Notes: generated from the sequence alone by a model not told the origin. A DNA stretch of 64,000 nucleotides from Microcoleus sp. (GCA_042408215.1 JAYFMW010000008.1:160001-224000), one strand, 5' to 3'; positions 38,224-49,752 are shown, counted from the first letter of the stretch. Program-made: numbers and translations.

Positions 38224-39327
38224 GTGAGTCCTACTGCCCAAGCCAGCAATACCCTGAATGCGGATACCCAGCCAACCATGACCGCAGCCCGCCGCGCTGT
38301 TTTTCCCTTTACTGCCATTGTCGGCCAGGAAGAGATGAAACTGGCACTGCTATTGAATGTCATCGATCCGAAAATTGGCGGGGTGATGATTATGGGCGAT
38401 CGCGGTACTGGTAAATCTACCACAATCCGCGCCCTCGCCGACTTGCTGCCGGAAATTGAGGTGGTAGCAGACGATCCTTTTAATAGTCATCCCAGCGATC
38501 CAGATTTGATGAGTGATGAGGTGCGCGATCGCACTTTATCTCAAACTGACATCAAAATCGCCCGCAAAAAAGTCCAAATGGTAGATTTACCCTTGGGCGC
38601 GACCGAAGACCGAGTTTGCGGTACGATCGACATTGAGAAAGCTTTGTCCGAAGGTGTGAAAGCTTTTGAACCAGGCCTTTTAGCTAAAGCCAACCGTGGC
38701 ATTCTTTACGTCGATGAAGTCAATTTGCTCGACGATCATTTAGTCGATGTTTTGCTTGACTCCGCCGCCAGCGGTTGGAATACTGTGGAACGAGAAGGCA
38801 TTTCGATCCGCCACCCAGCTAAGTTTATTCTAATCGGTTCCGGCAACCCAGAAGAAGGAGAATTGCGGCCGCAGTTGCTGGATAGATTTGGGATGCACGC
38901 CGAAATTCGGACTGTAAAAGACCCGAATTTAAGAGTAGAAATTGTCGAACAGCGATCGAGTTTTGACCAAAATCCCGCAGACTTTCTCTCGAAATATCAG
39001 GACGAACAAGATGATATGCAGGAGAAATTGGTGGAGGCCCAGGAAAGGCTGAAATCGGTAAAGCTCGATCGAGATTTGCGAGTAAAAATCTCCCAAGTTT
39101 GCGCGGAATTGGACGTAGACGGACTGCGAGGCGATTTGGTCACAAACCGCGCCGCCAAAGCTTTGACCGCCTTAGAATGCCGTACAGAGGTCACAGTGGA
39201 CGATATTCGCCGAGTGATGACCCTGTGTTTGCGGCACCGATTGCGGAAAGATCCGCTAGAATCAATAGATTCGGGTTCTAAAGTGACCAAAGTGTTCGAT
39301 CGAGTATTCGGCCTAGAAACCAGTTGA
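38224..39327 (+). CDS. chlI: Magnesium chelatase ATPase subunit I
   Basis: [40 protein letters not shown] start at 38224 chosen as likely. Confidence 0.97.
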   Translation: MSPTAQASNTLNADTQPTMTAARRAVFPFTAIVGQEEMKLALLLNVIDPKIGGVMIMGDRGTGKSTTIRALADLLPEIEVVADDPFNSHPSDPDLMSDEVRDRTLSQTDIKIARKKVQMVDLPLGATEDRVCGTIDIEKALSEGVKAFEPGLLAKANRGILYVDEVNLLDDHLVDVLLDSAASGWNTVEREGISIRHPAKFILIGSGNPEEGELRPQLLDRFGMHAEIRTVKDPNLRVEIVEQRSSFDQNPADFLSKYQDEQDDMQEKLVEAQERLKSVKLDRDLRVKISQVCAELDVDGLRGDLVTNRAAKALTALECRTEVTVDDIRRVMTLCLRHRLRKDPLESIDSGSKVTKVFDRVFGLETS

Positions 39328-39332
39328 TAATA

Positions 39333-39467
39333 ACTGAGATATTGCATCATTCGTGTGGAAGCTGTAGGGGCGGGTTCGCCAAGGGTCTTAAAGCTTGCAA
39401 ATAGGCTAGATAAACCCGCCCGACCCCACGCAAAATCCCCTTATTGACAATGCTGCAATATCTCAGT
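39333..39467. mobile_element. MITE-like element with ACTGAGATATTGCA/TGCAATATCTCAGT TIRs
   Basis: Perfect 14-bp inverted ends; internal GTAGGGGCGGGTT/AAACCCGCCC pair. Confidence 0.75.
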
Positions 39468-39475
39468 AATTCCTA

Positions 39476-39642
39476 ATACCAATTTTTTATGAAGCTGCAT
39501 AGAATTCGATCCCCCCTAACCGAGGGCGGGCACGGGGGCACCGCCCCTACATTCGGGGGGGACAAGAGTCCAATCAAAGTCCCCCTTCTTAAGGGGGATT
39601 TAGGGGGATCGGAATATGTGCAACGACCCATTAAATTGGTAT
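39476..39642. mobile_element. MITE-like element, same family as 581-759
   Basis: ATACCAATTT/AAATTGGTAT TIRs and shared subterminal sequence. Confidence 0.75.
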
Positions 39643-39728
39643 AACTATTTTAGGAAATAAGTACATCAGTCATCAGTGTGTAGAAAGCAAACAAAAAATC
39701 AATGACGGCAACTGATGACTAATCGCCC

Positions 39729-40268
39729 ATGAAAAAGATAATTCTCGGATTAGATCCAGGCTTAGCAAGCCTCGGCTACGGCGCAATTTCCTGTCAAATT
39801 GTCCCCGGAAAACAAGATGAAAACCTGGTTTCCCTGATAGATTGCGGCGTGATTAAAACAACACCAAAACAGGAAATGGGACAGCGCCTCAAAACAATTT
39901 ACGAAGATTTGCACTCCGTAATTGAACAAATAAAACCAGATGTAGCAGTAGCCGAAAAACTATTCTTTTACAAAATGGGAAATACCATACTTGTAGCGCA
40001 AGCGAGGGGCGTTTTGACCCTAGTATTAGCCCAGTGTGGAGTGCCGCTGTTCGAGTTTACCCCGTCCCAAATTAAAAAAGCCTTAACTGGGCGCGGGAAT
40101 GCTGACAAATCGGAAGTGCAAGAAGCCGTAGCGCGGGAGTTGGAGTTGGGTTATATTCCGAAACCGGATGATGCGGCGGATGCTTTGGCGGTAGCTTTAA
40201 CTGGTTGGTATGATGATGATATTTGTCCGAAAACCATACAAAAAACCTTAATTTCTAACACCATGTAG
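39729..40268 (+). CDS. ruvC: Holliday junction resolvase RuvC
   Basis: [36 protein letters not shown]. Confidence 0.95.
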   Translation: MKKIILGLDPGLASLGYGAISCQIVPGKQDENLVSLIDCGVIKTTPKQEMGQRLKTIYEDLHSVIEQIKPDVAVAEKLFFYKMGNTILVAQARGVLTLVLAQCGVPLFEFTPSQIKKALTGRGNADKSEVQEAVARELELGYIPKPDDAADALAVALTGWYDDDICPKTIQKTLISNTM

Positions 40269-40272
40269 ATGC

Positions 40273-40335
40273 GTAGGGTGCGTCGCCACGAGTAACTTTT
40301 GCTGCTTCCAATTATTATTGAGCGACGCACCCTAC
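40273..40335. repeat. GTAGGGTGCGTCGC...GCGACGCACCCTAC REP-like inverted pair
   Basis: Inverted arms between convergent genes; similar pair near 59800-59862. Confidence 0.75.
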
Positions 40336-40351
40336 TACTACCCAATCTATT

Positions 40352-41710
40352 TTAGCGCCATTTCTTGCCAATTATAATCAGCAACATCGCACCCAACACC
40401 CCTGCAACAATTCCCAAACCAAGACTCAACCCAAAAACCGCATTCGCATCCATCGGATTTTGCGGAGGTTTAATTTGGCCTGCATAGACGCTAGCTGCGA
40501 CTCCGCTGGTGGCAATTCCCACACCTACAGCGCCGATGGTAAGATTCAAAGCGCGATCGCTCTTAGCCCTCTCAATCTCAATAATCCCCTCAATCGTCTC
40601 AATCGCATTTTCCAGCAACCTCAAACCCGCACTCAAACTCCGATTATCCGCCGCCACTTGCCAAACATACTTCTCCTTAGCAAAATCGCTGAAACTGGAC
40701 AGAAACTTAAAAGCTTCGGCATCATTTCCCATGTCCTTACCAATAGTTTCCAACCGTCTCTTATAATTTTTCAGATTAGTTTTGATTGTATTTTCTTGCT
40801 CTTCCAATCTACTGATAGAATTAGCATAAACCGAGAAAAATGTCAAGGAATCAACCAGACTTTGCTGCAATTCTTTCAAATCAACTTTCGGCGCATTCAC
40901 CTGATTTGGGAGTTGAGTAACAATTTGTTGAATCGTCCGCGCCGCATCTTTCAAATCATCCTTAAGTTGGCGGCTTTGAGTGTAAGCCCAAATCACCTTA
41001 TTGCGGAAGGCAAACAATCGCATTAAATGCACATAAAGTTTAGCGACACTCTTGCTAATATCGCCAATTGCTTGACCGTTATTGTAAGGAAACAAGCAAA
41101 TTAAGACATGATGATTTTGGCTGATATTACCTCTGTCTCCCGGTGGTAGCCACAATTCGTAAAAATTTGCATCTAAAAATTTACCCTCAGCTTTCAAGTC
41201 TCTATCCCATTTAGTATTCGTAACTAAATTGAGTTGGCTGTAGCAATTTTTAGCAGTTTCTAAAGCATTTTGGTCATCAGCAGTCAATTGTCCCCAAACC
41301 AGCCAACTTTGACCAATTGTCGCAGGTGGATTGACACGGGAGATTACTTGTTGTTGCAGCCATTCCAAACAGTCGATTTCTTTTGGTTTAAATTTGTTTT
41401 CATTGTCGGATTCGATTTTCCCAGACAAGTCAAATTGTGCCGCATAGGTATCGCCGATTTTCACGGGATAAGCATAGCCATCGAGGGGAGATTCAAATTT
41501 TGCTACTTTTTTCTCGCCCAGTAACTCGATATACTCAGCAGTTTCAGTTTCCGCTTGCTTGAGTTTTTCTAAATCTTTGTCGCCAGGAATCTTTTGCCAA
41601 AACTGTGCGCGATTTTGGCTAATCTTCTCGTCATTTTGCCCGATACCGTCTGCTAAATCGCAGATAAACAAATCGACAGTCGGGTAGATTAGCCAATTCT
41701 CGTTACTCAT
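40352..41710 (-). CDS. Hypothetical protein with helical region and two C-terminal TM helices
   Basis: ~452-aa ORF overlapping the upstream gene's stop; TM segments LTIGAVGVGIATSGVAA and VFGLSLGLGIVAGVLGAMLLIII. Confidence 0.75.
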   Translation of the reverse strand: MSNENWLIYPTVDLFICDLADGIGQNDEKISQNRAQFWQKIPGDKDLEKLKQAETETAEYIELLGEKKVAKFESPLDGYAYPVKIGDTYAAQFDLSGKIESDNENKFKPKEIDCLEWLQQQVISRVNPPATIGQSWLVWGQLTADDQNALETAKNCYSQLNLVTNTKWDRDLKAEGKFLDANFYELWLPPGDRGNISQNHHVLICLFPYNNGQAIGDISKSVAKLYVHLMRLFAFRNKVIWAYTQSRQLKDDLKDAARTIQQIVTQLPNQVNAPKVDLKELQQSLVDSLTFFSVYANSISRLEEQENTIKTNLKNYKRRLETIGKDMGNDAEAFKFLSSFSDFAKEKYVWQVAADNRSLSAGLRLLENAIETIEGIIEIERAKSDRALNLTIGAVGVGIATSGVAASVYAGQIKPPQNPMDANAVFGLSLGLGIVAGVLGAMLLIIIGKKWR

Positions 41711-42167
41711 GGACAAAACCATCTGCGATCGACAATAAGATTGTATCTCGACTTGCTCGCACTGAGTCCTTAGCTTGCAAAATCTTTCCGAGGAATGCTT
41801 TAAAGCCGCGTGACTGGATTTTTGACTCGATTTGAGTCAGAATTTTCGGCAAATCTGTCAAATCGCTGATATCGCTAGCGCTGTTATCAGTTTCGATATT
41901 AGTAGTATTGTTTATTTCAAATTCAGCATCCGGTACACAATCTAATCCTGCGAGACATTCGTTGCTGTGATTCTTTAACCAGACACGATTTTTTTGATAA
42001 GCAGCTAACAGAGGAGGATGCAGTTTTGTCAGTCTTAGAATATCGGTAACTGTACAATTTTCATCGGTTTGATTAAACTCGGATTGGACATCGGCGGGCA
42101 ATGGTTCGGTTTGTTGGAATATTGCCACAATAAAAGCTTGAAAAATCTCGTCTTGCGTGTCTTTCAT
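41703..42167 (-). CDS. Hypothetical protein coupled to the CHAT gene
   Basis: ATGA overlap with the CHAT stop at 42164-42167. Confidence 0.75.
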   Translation of the reverse strand: MKDTQDEIFQAFIVAIFQQTEPLPADVQSEFNQTDENCTVTDILRLTKLHPPLLAAYQKNRVWLKNHSNECLAGLDCVPDAEFEINNTTNIETDNSASDISDLTDLPKILTQIESKIQSRGFKAFLGKILQAKDSVRASRDTILLSIADGFVHE

Positions 42168-45100
42168 AATCCTGTGATAGTAAAGGCAGCCCAGTAGTAG
42201 GGATGCTGATAGGGTGGGTATAATTCTATTGTAGCCAATGCTAGGCGATCGGTTTCCAAAGAATCGATTAAGGTAATTTCAACTTCAGAAAGTTCGGGGC
42301 TGTTTGCGGAAATATTGTCAATTTCCCCTTGATACCAGGCGGCTAAATCCTCGCAGGTGGCTTCTCGCAGCCATTTTTGAGCATTTGCTAAAGCCACGGG
42401 TAGAGAATCGCCGGCTTCTCGCCACCGTTGGTAAAAATAAATCATTAATAACGCACTCGCACCGGATTCTACAGGCCACAGGGTACTGACGACACAGCCA
42501 ACTCCGGCGCGCATAAAACCGCTAGTCAATCCTACATATTCGGCGAGAATTGTTTGTTTGTCTGTCAAGGCGGTTTCGCAGGCGGGAAGGCAGATTAATT
42601 GGTAGTGACTGAGGTCATGTTTGATAATTTCTCTGACTGTTAATCGGTGGGTGTTGCTTAAGTATAAAGTCGATTCTAGGGGGGTCTCAAAATTATAGCT
42701 GCCGTGGCCCGTAAAGTGAAAAATATTGTGTGCTTGTTGCAACAATGTTTCGACTTCATCGAGGGTGGCTGCGTCTTCTTCGAGTCGGGTGGAATTGTCG
42801 AACATTCGGCAAATCATTTCCGATTCGATTTCGGCGGCGGGGAGAGGGGCGAGTCTTTTTTGTTGGCCGTTTTTATCGGTAATTACGCTGTGGGGATTTT
42901 CGATACTGAGGATGGCCAGATCCCCCCTAGCCCCCCTTCTTAAGGGGGGGACCGGAGTGTTCAAAGTTTCGCTTTGTGAGGGAGGAATCTGTTCATTCAA
43001 AGTCCCCCTTCTTAAGGGGGATTTAGGGGGATCTGAACTTGGAGGTAAGTCAGAGATTTCGGGTGGGTTTTCAATGCTTTGATCCCCCCTAGCCCCCCTT
43101 AAGAAGGGGGGGACTGGAGTGTTCAATGTCTCGGTTTGTGAGGGGGAGATTAGAGTATTCTCTTTAGCCCCCCCTTAGCAAGGGGGGGTTGGGGGGGTAG
43201 GAGCCCAGGAGGTAGTCGAGGATTTAGGTGGATCTAGATTTGGAGGTAAGTCAGAGATTTCGGGTGGGTTTTCAATGCTTTGATCCCCCCTAGCCCCCCT
43301 TAAGAAGGGGGGGACTGGAGTGTTCAATGTCTCGGTTTGTGAGGGGGAGATTAGAGTATTCTCTTTAGCCCCCCCTTAGCAAGGGGGGGGTTGGGGGGGT
43401 AGGAGCCCAGGAGGTAGTCGAGGATTTAGGTGGATCTAGATTTGGAGGTAAGTCAGAGATTTCGGGTGGGTTTTCAATGCTTTGATCCCCCCTAGCCCCC
43501 CTTAAGAAGGGGGGGACTGGAGTGTTCAATGTCTCGGTTTGTGAGGGGGAGATTAGAGTATTCTCTTTAGCCCCCCCTTAGCAAGGGGGGGGTTGGGGGG
43601 GTAGGAGCCCAGGAGGTAGTCGAGGATTTAGGTGGATCTAGATTTGGAGGTAAGTCAGAGATTTCGGCTGGGTTTTCAATGCTTTGATCCCCCCTAACCC
43701 CCCTTAAGAAGGGGGGAACTGGAGAGTTCAAAGTCTCGCTGGTTAAAGGAGGAATCTGTTCTTTCAAAGTCCCCCTTCTTAAGGGGGATTTAGGGGGATC
43801 TGAACTTGGAGATAAACGAGAGATTCCGCTAAACCGATGTTGCAAACTAAGCCCAACGGCCGCGCTAGGCAAATAACTAACCACAAAATCCCGACTAAAC
43901 AAAGCATGAATCGGGAAGCGGTGCAAGTCCCGGTGCGGAATCAAAATTAACTCAGTAATCCCCTCTAATTGCTGTTCAATATCATCAATTTTCAGAATTG
44001 CATTGAGTCGGGCAAATTTACTTGCCATTCCCCCGCGCCAAGGATGATTTTGTTGACCTTCTTTCTCCTTAGATTGATAATCTGTATATTCTTTATTCCA
44101 CTCCTTAACCCATTTTTTAAGTTCATCTGGAGAATCGCTGAAACAGGTTTCTGGAGACAACAAACCGTCGGATTTAATGATAAATGTTGTCAGGGATGCG
44201 TCGCTGAGATGCCAGTAAATCGCGGCTGTTTTGGGATTGAGAAGTTGCTGAATTTGGGCGTGAGTGACTGTCTCTTCTGTTTCGTAATCGGGAATTGGCA
44301 AGGCATCCAGCAGCCAAGATAGGCAGACATTTTTGTCTGTTTCTGCTGTGGCTAAGGCTTCGGCAAATTGCCCGTATTGGATGAATATATTTACGGTTAA
44401 TTGTTCAAAGCTAACTAATTTGTCGGTGAGTTGCTGTTGGGTGAGTTGGGAATATTTTTGCTTCAGTAAGCGTTGCAATAAATCGGTGGCATCTCGCTGT
44501 AATTTATTGGCTTTGTCAGTTTGTTTTAAGCTGACTAAGGTTTTGATTAATTTCTGCAATACTTGTAGATGCAGTTGGAGGAAAGTATCTGGTGTTAGAG
44601 TTTTGAGGGCTTCTTTGTAGCTGGTGGCGGCTTTATTCCAATAGGTGTTGGGAGAATTGAGTTGTCCGCGACTATAATGAGCATCTCCTAGTGCTCGATG
44701 CAGTTTTCCATATCCTTCGGGGTGGGTATTTTCTCGGCAATATTCTCAGCCTGTTTTTAATGTTAATACTTGTCCTTCATAGCCGCGCTGTGTCAGTTTG
44801 TGAGTTATGAGAGTTCTGGTTACTGGTGGAGATTTAGGGAATTGTAGCTGTAAGATTTCATAAACTAGCTGGTTATATCCAGATGCGTTGCTGACTGCAT
44901 TACTTCGATTAATCCATGATATGCGATCGTTTGGTTCAATTTCTAAAGATTTATCGAAGGAGGCGATCGCCTCTTCATATCTTTTTAAATCATCGCAAAG
45001 TATAGCACCCCGATCATTCCAAGCTGTGTCATTATCTGGATTAGATTTTAAGGCTTTATCATAGGAGGCAATCGCTTCTTCTAATCTTCCTAACTTACGC

Positions 45101-45903
45101 ATTACAGGGCTTAGGTTGAAGCAGGCTGCTTCATTATCTGGTTTTAATTTTAAGGATTTGTCGAAGGATGCTATCGCTTCTAATAATCGACCTAATTGAT
45201 GCAGTACAAGGCCACGATTGTTCAAGAATTCATAATCATCCGATTTCAATTCTAATGCTTGATCTAAGGATGCGATCGCCCCTTCAAAATCTCCTTTGAT
45301 ATATTGCTCTCTAGCTCGATCGCACCAAGCCTCAGCCTCTCCATCAAAATCCTCACCCCCCTCATCCGAAACTAGCGGAAACTCAACCAAAATCTCCCTA
45401 CCAACATTCCCCGCCACCTCTCCCAATTCCCCACCCGCAACTCTACCCAACAACTCCAACCTGCGCGCCAATTCCCGAAGCGATACCACCGCATCCGTAG
45501 GGGCGGTGCCCCCGTGCCCGCCCTCTGTACTCCCCTGCGCGCCCTCCAACAATCGCACCCCAAACCTCCGCAACCAAGCCGCCAAATCACCATTTTTAAT
45601 CCGTTTTGCGATTAAGAATTCCGCAACATCGCCTCTTCCCCAGCCCTGATTCACCCCTTCGAGAAGTTCCATCAACTTCGCCTCGTATTCCGCATCTGTC
45701 AAAGTTGGAGGAACCCCCCTCAGTCCCCCCTTGGTAAGGGGGGAAGCAAGATTTGTTTCCCCTTTACCAAGGGGGGAGGCAAGATTTTCTTTCTTGTCCC
45801 CCCCCTTACCAAGGGGGGGCCAGGGGGGGTTAAAATACTGAGTATAAGCGCACAAAATCCGCTGAATTAATTGTTTGAGGAATCGCCAGATTTTATCTAA
45901 CAT
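42164..45903 (-). pseudogene. TPR + CHAT (caspase-like) protease gene, disrupted
   Basis: TPR repeats (EEAIASYDKAL), LILIPHRDLH.FPIHAL, catalytic HFTGHG and LPACET, HPYYWAAF; in-frame TGA at 44746-44748 and frameshifts in a repeat tract at 43040-43700. Confidence 0.85.
43041..43720. repeat. 201-202-bp tandem repeat (3 copies plus a partial) built from CCCCCTTAAGAAGGGGG-type units
   Basis: Units start at 43041, 43242, 43444, 43646. Confidence 0.9.
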
Positions 45904-46136
45904 TGGTGAGATGGTGAGGCGGTTGGTTTTTGTTATTGTAGCAGGAATTGTGGGGATTGGTTATCGCCTCGATCACCCGGCGGTTGAAACCGCGTCTACA
46001 CAAACAATGTCCGCCTCCGCGGACTAAGAGATCGGAGATATTTTAGTTATTCTCCCAACCCAAAACAAAAAAAATGCTATAATATCAACTTTAACTCCTA
46101 AACTTGTCCCGCAACCAAAGAACAAAGGAAAATAAT

Positions 46137-46511
46137 ATGGTCGTTATTACATCCCAAGAAATTGCCCTATTTCGCTCCGAATTAGCCGCCTATCCCTCAG
46201 CATTGAAAGCCCTCGATGAAATCGAAGATTGCGAGGGAAACATTGAGGATGCAGCGATATCTCTGGCAATTCAAGCCGGACAAGAACCGAATATCTCGGA
46301 AAATTGGTTAGACGGATTAGCCAAAAGATGCCGCGTTGCTATCTGCAAATCAGAGTTAAAAGCAGATTTGAAAAATGGGGGATTGAATGCGGCTTTCGGA
46401 GATTTAGTTGCTGCAAAGGTTTGCCCGGAGATTTTGATAACTGCGGTGATTATTTATGTGTTTAAGACTGGGGTGAATGAGTTTTGTGAGCCTCTCGAAT
46501 ATAAACTTTAA
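46137..46511 (+). CDS. Hypothetical protein
   Basis: ATG preceded by AAGGA; ALKALDEIEDCEGNIEDA. Confidence 0.75.
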   Translation: MVVITSQEIALFRSELAAYPSALKALDEIEDCEGNIEDAAISLAIQAGQEPNISENWLDGLAKRCRVAICKSELKADLKNGGLNAAFGDLVAAKVCPEILITAVIIYVFKTGVNEFCEPLEYKL

Positions 46512-46530
46512 AGCTATATTAGTGGGTGGC

Positions 46531-46890
46531 CAGAAACCGGGTTTTTACCAACCTACTTTGTCACACCACCCAAAAATCACAAAAAACCCGGTTTCTTAGA
46601 TTCCCGGTTTCTTAGATTCTGTGGGTGGCCAGAAACCGGGTTTTTACGAACATACTTCGTTACACCACGAAAAAATCGGGTTTCGACACTTCGGCTTCGC
46701 TCAGTGCAACGCTTCGCTCAACCACCCGGTTTCTTTGGTTTTGAAGAGTGTTTTTAAAGTCACTCCTACTCCAATTAGACTTTCGATCCCCCCTAACCCC
46801 CCCTTAAGAAGGGGGGGACAAGAGTGTTCTCAAAGTCAACCCCTACTCACACCCTACTCCCTTCTTAAGGGGGATTTAGGGGGATCTAGA
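46531..46890. repeat. Cluster of dispersed repeats (two AGAAACCGGGTTTT/CCCGGTTTCT units, a CTTCGCTCA unit, a CCCCCTTAAGAAGGGGG doublet)
   Basis: Same motifs recur at 22046, 23163, 54143, 24092 and 39580. Confidence 0.75.
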
Positions 46891-46930
46891 CTTGACAACA
46901 AGCGACATTCATTAAACGAGAATACACAAA

Positions 46931-48154
46931 ATGCAAATAGGATTATTTTTAGGAAATCTCGGAAATCCGGTAATCTATTATCCAAAATTAGCCAAGATTA
47001 CCGGCGGTGTCACAGCCAGTATTTTTCTGTGCCAATTATTTCAATGGCAATCTCAACTTGCCAATTCCGAGAATTGGGTGCAAACTAACACCGCTGAAAT
47101 TGAAAAAGCTACTGGTTTAAATCCCGAAGAACAGGAATTGGCGAGACAGCAACTAAAAGGTAGATTTCTCCTGAAAGAAAAACTACCAAATCCTCCAGCC
47201 GACACCATAGAACTTTGGGCTGAATTTGATGCTTTCGAGGAAAAAATCAATAATTATTTTACAGCCAATTCTGACCATATCATAACACAAACCCTCCCCA
47301 AAAGCCTCAATTATCCTGTAGAAATAGTTGCTGATAATTCCCCATCAAATCCTAGCATTAAAACAGACAATTTTTTCGGTCAACCCCGCCCCAAAATAGC
47401 CGTTGCTGTCACCCCAAATTACCGATTTAGCGGCCCTTGGAACTCCCAAGAACAATTGCACAATTTTCAACGAGCCTTAGAAGCCTATGCTCAAGAACGT
47501 AATCTAGGTTTTGGCAATCCTTCGGGATGGGCATTTAAAATTATTGATAGCATCACAAAGGGCTTAGCCTCGACTTTTTGGGATGAATTTATTGCCGGCA
47601 TTCCTTTAGGAGAAAGTCAGAAAGTTCAGCGAGATTGGGAAATAGCACCAGAAGTGCCTTATCCGGCTTTTGAAGAGGAGCGAATTCAGTATTACGTCCA
47701 CAAAGGAGAACCGCTGGAAGCAGCAGTATCTAAGGCTCGTGCTGACTTGAGAAATCCTGTTTTGGGTAAAGATTTGTGGGAGGGTTTTTTGCGAAAGTGC
47801 GATCGCCTTGCTGATGATGCACTCAAAGCCAAAAACCAGGGCGTTGATACCCCATATTTGCCGTCTTCCTTCAACGAAAAACCGCAAATCACCAAGGATA
47901 GCGTTATGCGGAAATTAGGGGCGATCGCGCCGCAATTTGCCCTCAATCAATCGACATCTGACGCGATTCCAGCGCCGCCGAAACTTGAACAAACAGCATC
48001 GCCAACCCCCGCCGAAATTCCCAGTATTTCTGCTTTGCAAAAAGCTTACAAAACCCCTCTCGGTCGAAGTATAATTGAAACACAAATCGCTGCCAATCCA
48101 GAATGGGGATACGAAATAGTTGACGATGAAATAGTAGAATCAATCCCTTTTTAG
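46931..48154 (+). CDS. Hypothetical protein with phage replication-initiator-like N-terminal HTH region
   Basis: YYPKLAKITGGVTASIFLCQLFQW..W...T.AEIEKATGL..EEQELAR..LK; ends DDEIVESIPF. Confidence 0.65.
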   Translation: MQIGLFLGNLGNPVIYYPKLAKITGGVTASIFLCQLFQWQSQLANSENWVQTNTAEIEKATGLNPEEQELARQQLKGRFLLKEKLPNPPADTIELWAEFDAFEEKINNYFTANSDHIITQTLPKSLNYPVEIVADNSPSNPSIKTDNFFGQPRPKIAVAVTPNYRFSGPWNSQEQLHNFQRALEAYAQERNLGFGNPSGWAFKIIDSITKGLASTFWDEFIAGIPLGESQKVQRDWEIAPEVPYPAFEEERIQYYVHKGEPLEAAVSKARADLRNPVLGKDLWEGFLRKCDRLADDALKAKNQGVDTPYLPSSFNEKPQITKDSVMRKLGAIAPQFALNQSTSDAIPAPPKLEQTASPTPAEIPSISALQKAYKTPLGRSIIETQIAANPEWGYEIVDDEIVESIPF

Positions 48155-48163
48155 GAGGCGAAT

Positions 48164-48397
48164 ATGAAACGAATTAGCGAGATTAATCCCTTGGGGGAAG
48201 AGCGCCAGAATCCTTCGGAGGAAGAGAGAGAAAAACTGCGGCGGGAAAGGTTGCAGCGAGAGAAAGATGAGGGATATCAAATGTTAGTTGAACTTTGCAA
48301 TTTGGGCGAATATGATATGGCCCAGCAGTTGGCAAATCGAAACTTTAATTGGCGTTATGAAATAGTTGATGGGATTGTGATGGAAACAATAGATTAG
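48164..48397 (+). CDS. Small hypothetical protein
   Basis: AGGAGG RBS; C-terminal W.YEIVD motif shared with the upstream protein. Confidence 0.75.
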   Translation: MKRISEINPLGEERQNPSEEEREKLRRERLQREKDEGYQMLVELCNLGEYDMAQQLANRNFNWRYEIVDGIVMETID

Positions 48398-48431
48398 ATT
48401 TGTAGTAAATAGGCACCAATGTCAATAACCC

Positions 48432-48730
48432 TGTAGGGGCGGGTTCGCCAATAATATCTAACTCTCGCTAACAATCTATATAAACCCGCCCCCCACCACT
48501 AATAAACCACATCAACCTTAAATTTGCATTAAATGCTAAGATGTAGGCGCTGATTTTTCCTTGGGTGGGGGCGGGTTTGATAGATTGTAAATGCTAGGCA
48601 ATTATTGTTTGTAAAACCCGCCCCTACGAGCAAATTATACAATCCCAAAAATAGTTGGGTGGGGGTGGGTTTGATAGATTGTAAATGCTAGGCAATTATT
48701 GTTTGTAAAACCCGCCCCTACGAGCAAATT
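48432..48730. repeat. Three GTAGGGGCGGGTT/AAACCCGCCCCTAC REP-like doublets
   Basis: About 48432-48495, 48562-48630 and 48656-48725 (last two near identical); same family at 15750, 39364, 55600. Confidence 0.8.
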
Positions 48731-48737
48731 ATACAAG

Positions 48738-48770
48738 AAAAAAAAGAGGCGGGGAATTTTTCCCGCCTCC
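48738..48770 (-). terminator. Rho-independent terminator of rbcLXS
   Basis: Minus strand GAGGCGGGA-loop-CCCGCCTC followed by T8. Confidence 0.8.
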
Positions 48771-48820
48771 AATTAGCAATGACTGTTAACCTAAAAATTA
48801 GATTGGCCAGCCAATACTTT

Positions 48821-49156
48821 TTAGTAGCCTCTGGTGTTAGGCTTGTGGACGATGAAGCTGAGCACTTGGCATTGCTTCACGTTGTCAAAACCCATGACGC
48901 GGATGTAGCAACCAGGATTTTCTTGGCGGCAAGCTTGCACTTCTACCATGATTTCTTGGACGCTGCGAGCACCAAATAAAGGCAACTTCCACAGAGTCCA
49001 ATAGCGCATTTCAGCGGCTGAGGTTTCGTTGAATTCTACGCCGGGAATGTAGCCTTGATCCAAGATGTATTGCAGTTGCTTGGCGATTTGCGCGTCTGTC
49101 AGCGGGGGTAAATAGGACAGAGTTTCGTAACGACGCTCTTTAGGTAAAGTTCTCAT
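48821..49156 (-). CDS. rbcS: RuBisCO small subunit
   Basis: [31 protein letters not shown]. Confidence 0.98.
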   Translation of the reverse strand: MRTLPKERRYETLSYLPPLTDAQIAKQLQYILDQGYIPGVEFNETSAAEMRYWTLWKLPLFGARSVQEIMVEVQACRQENPGCYIRVMGFDNVKQCQVLSFIVHKPNTRGY

Positions 49157-49203
49157 TTTTTGTATCTCTAAGGTGTGTGTTCGATTCGCACTCGTGCGAT
49201 CGA

Positions 49204-49617
49204 TTAACTCGACAAATTATCTAGATTCGGTTCAGAATCTATTGAGGATGTTTCAGGATTACTGCTAGCCACAGACCAATTAAGCTGCGTAATTCGCTCT
49301 AAATGCTGGCGTCTGTGTTCCATATTAGACTGTTGAATTCCAGTGCGAACCATTTCCGGCAAAAATTCTGTCACATCATGGGCCAGATATTCTCGCACAG
49401 TCATGATCCGAAATCCTAAATCTTGATTTTCCAATAGCAACTCTCGAATGTATAATTCTCCATCCTGGATTTTGCCCTTCGTGGAAAATTCATTCAACCA
49501 GATTGCCAGAGGAGGATTGGTTTCGCTCAATTGAGCGATCGCAATCCGCACGGATTGATAGGTTAGGTAACTTGCCAGCACCTTAGCGGTGTCTTTCGCA
49601 ACTTGTTTGAGATCCAT
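49204..49617 (-). CDS. rbcX: RuBisCO chaperone RbcX
   Basis: [23 protein letters not shown]; located between rbcL and rbcS. Confidence 0.97.
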   Translation of the reverse strand: MDLKQVAKDTAKVLASYLTYQSVRIAIAQLSETNPPLAIWLNEFSTKGKIQDGELYIRELLLENQDLGFRIMTVREYLAHDVTEFLPEMVRTGIQQSNMEHRRQHLERITQLNWSVASSNPETSSIDSEPNLDNLSS

Positions 49618-49752
49618 TTTTGACCCCAGCCCTTAAGAGTTTTAGATTGTGATTTTAGATTTTGGATGCAAACTTACTTGTAAATCTTCTTCTAAGATAA
49701 AGACATAACAGCAAGTTTGCTACCTAAAACCTAAAATCTCAAACCCAAATCA

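Noticed and set aside
46931..48397. Prophage or integrated plasmid
   Set aside because: No integrase, structural genes or att-like boundaries seen.
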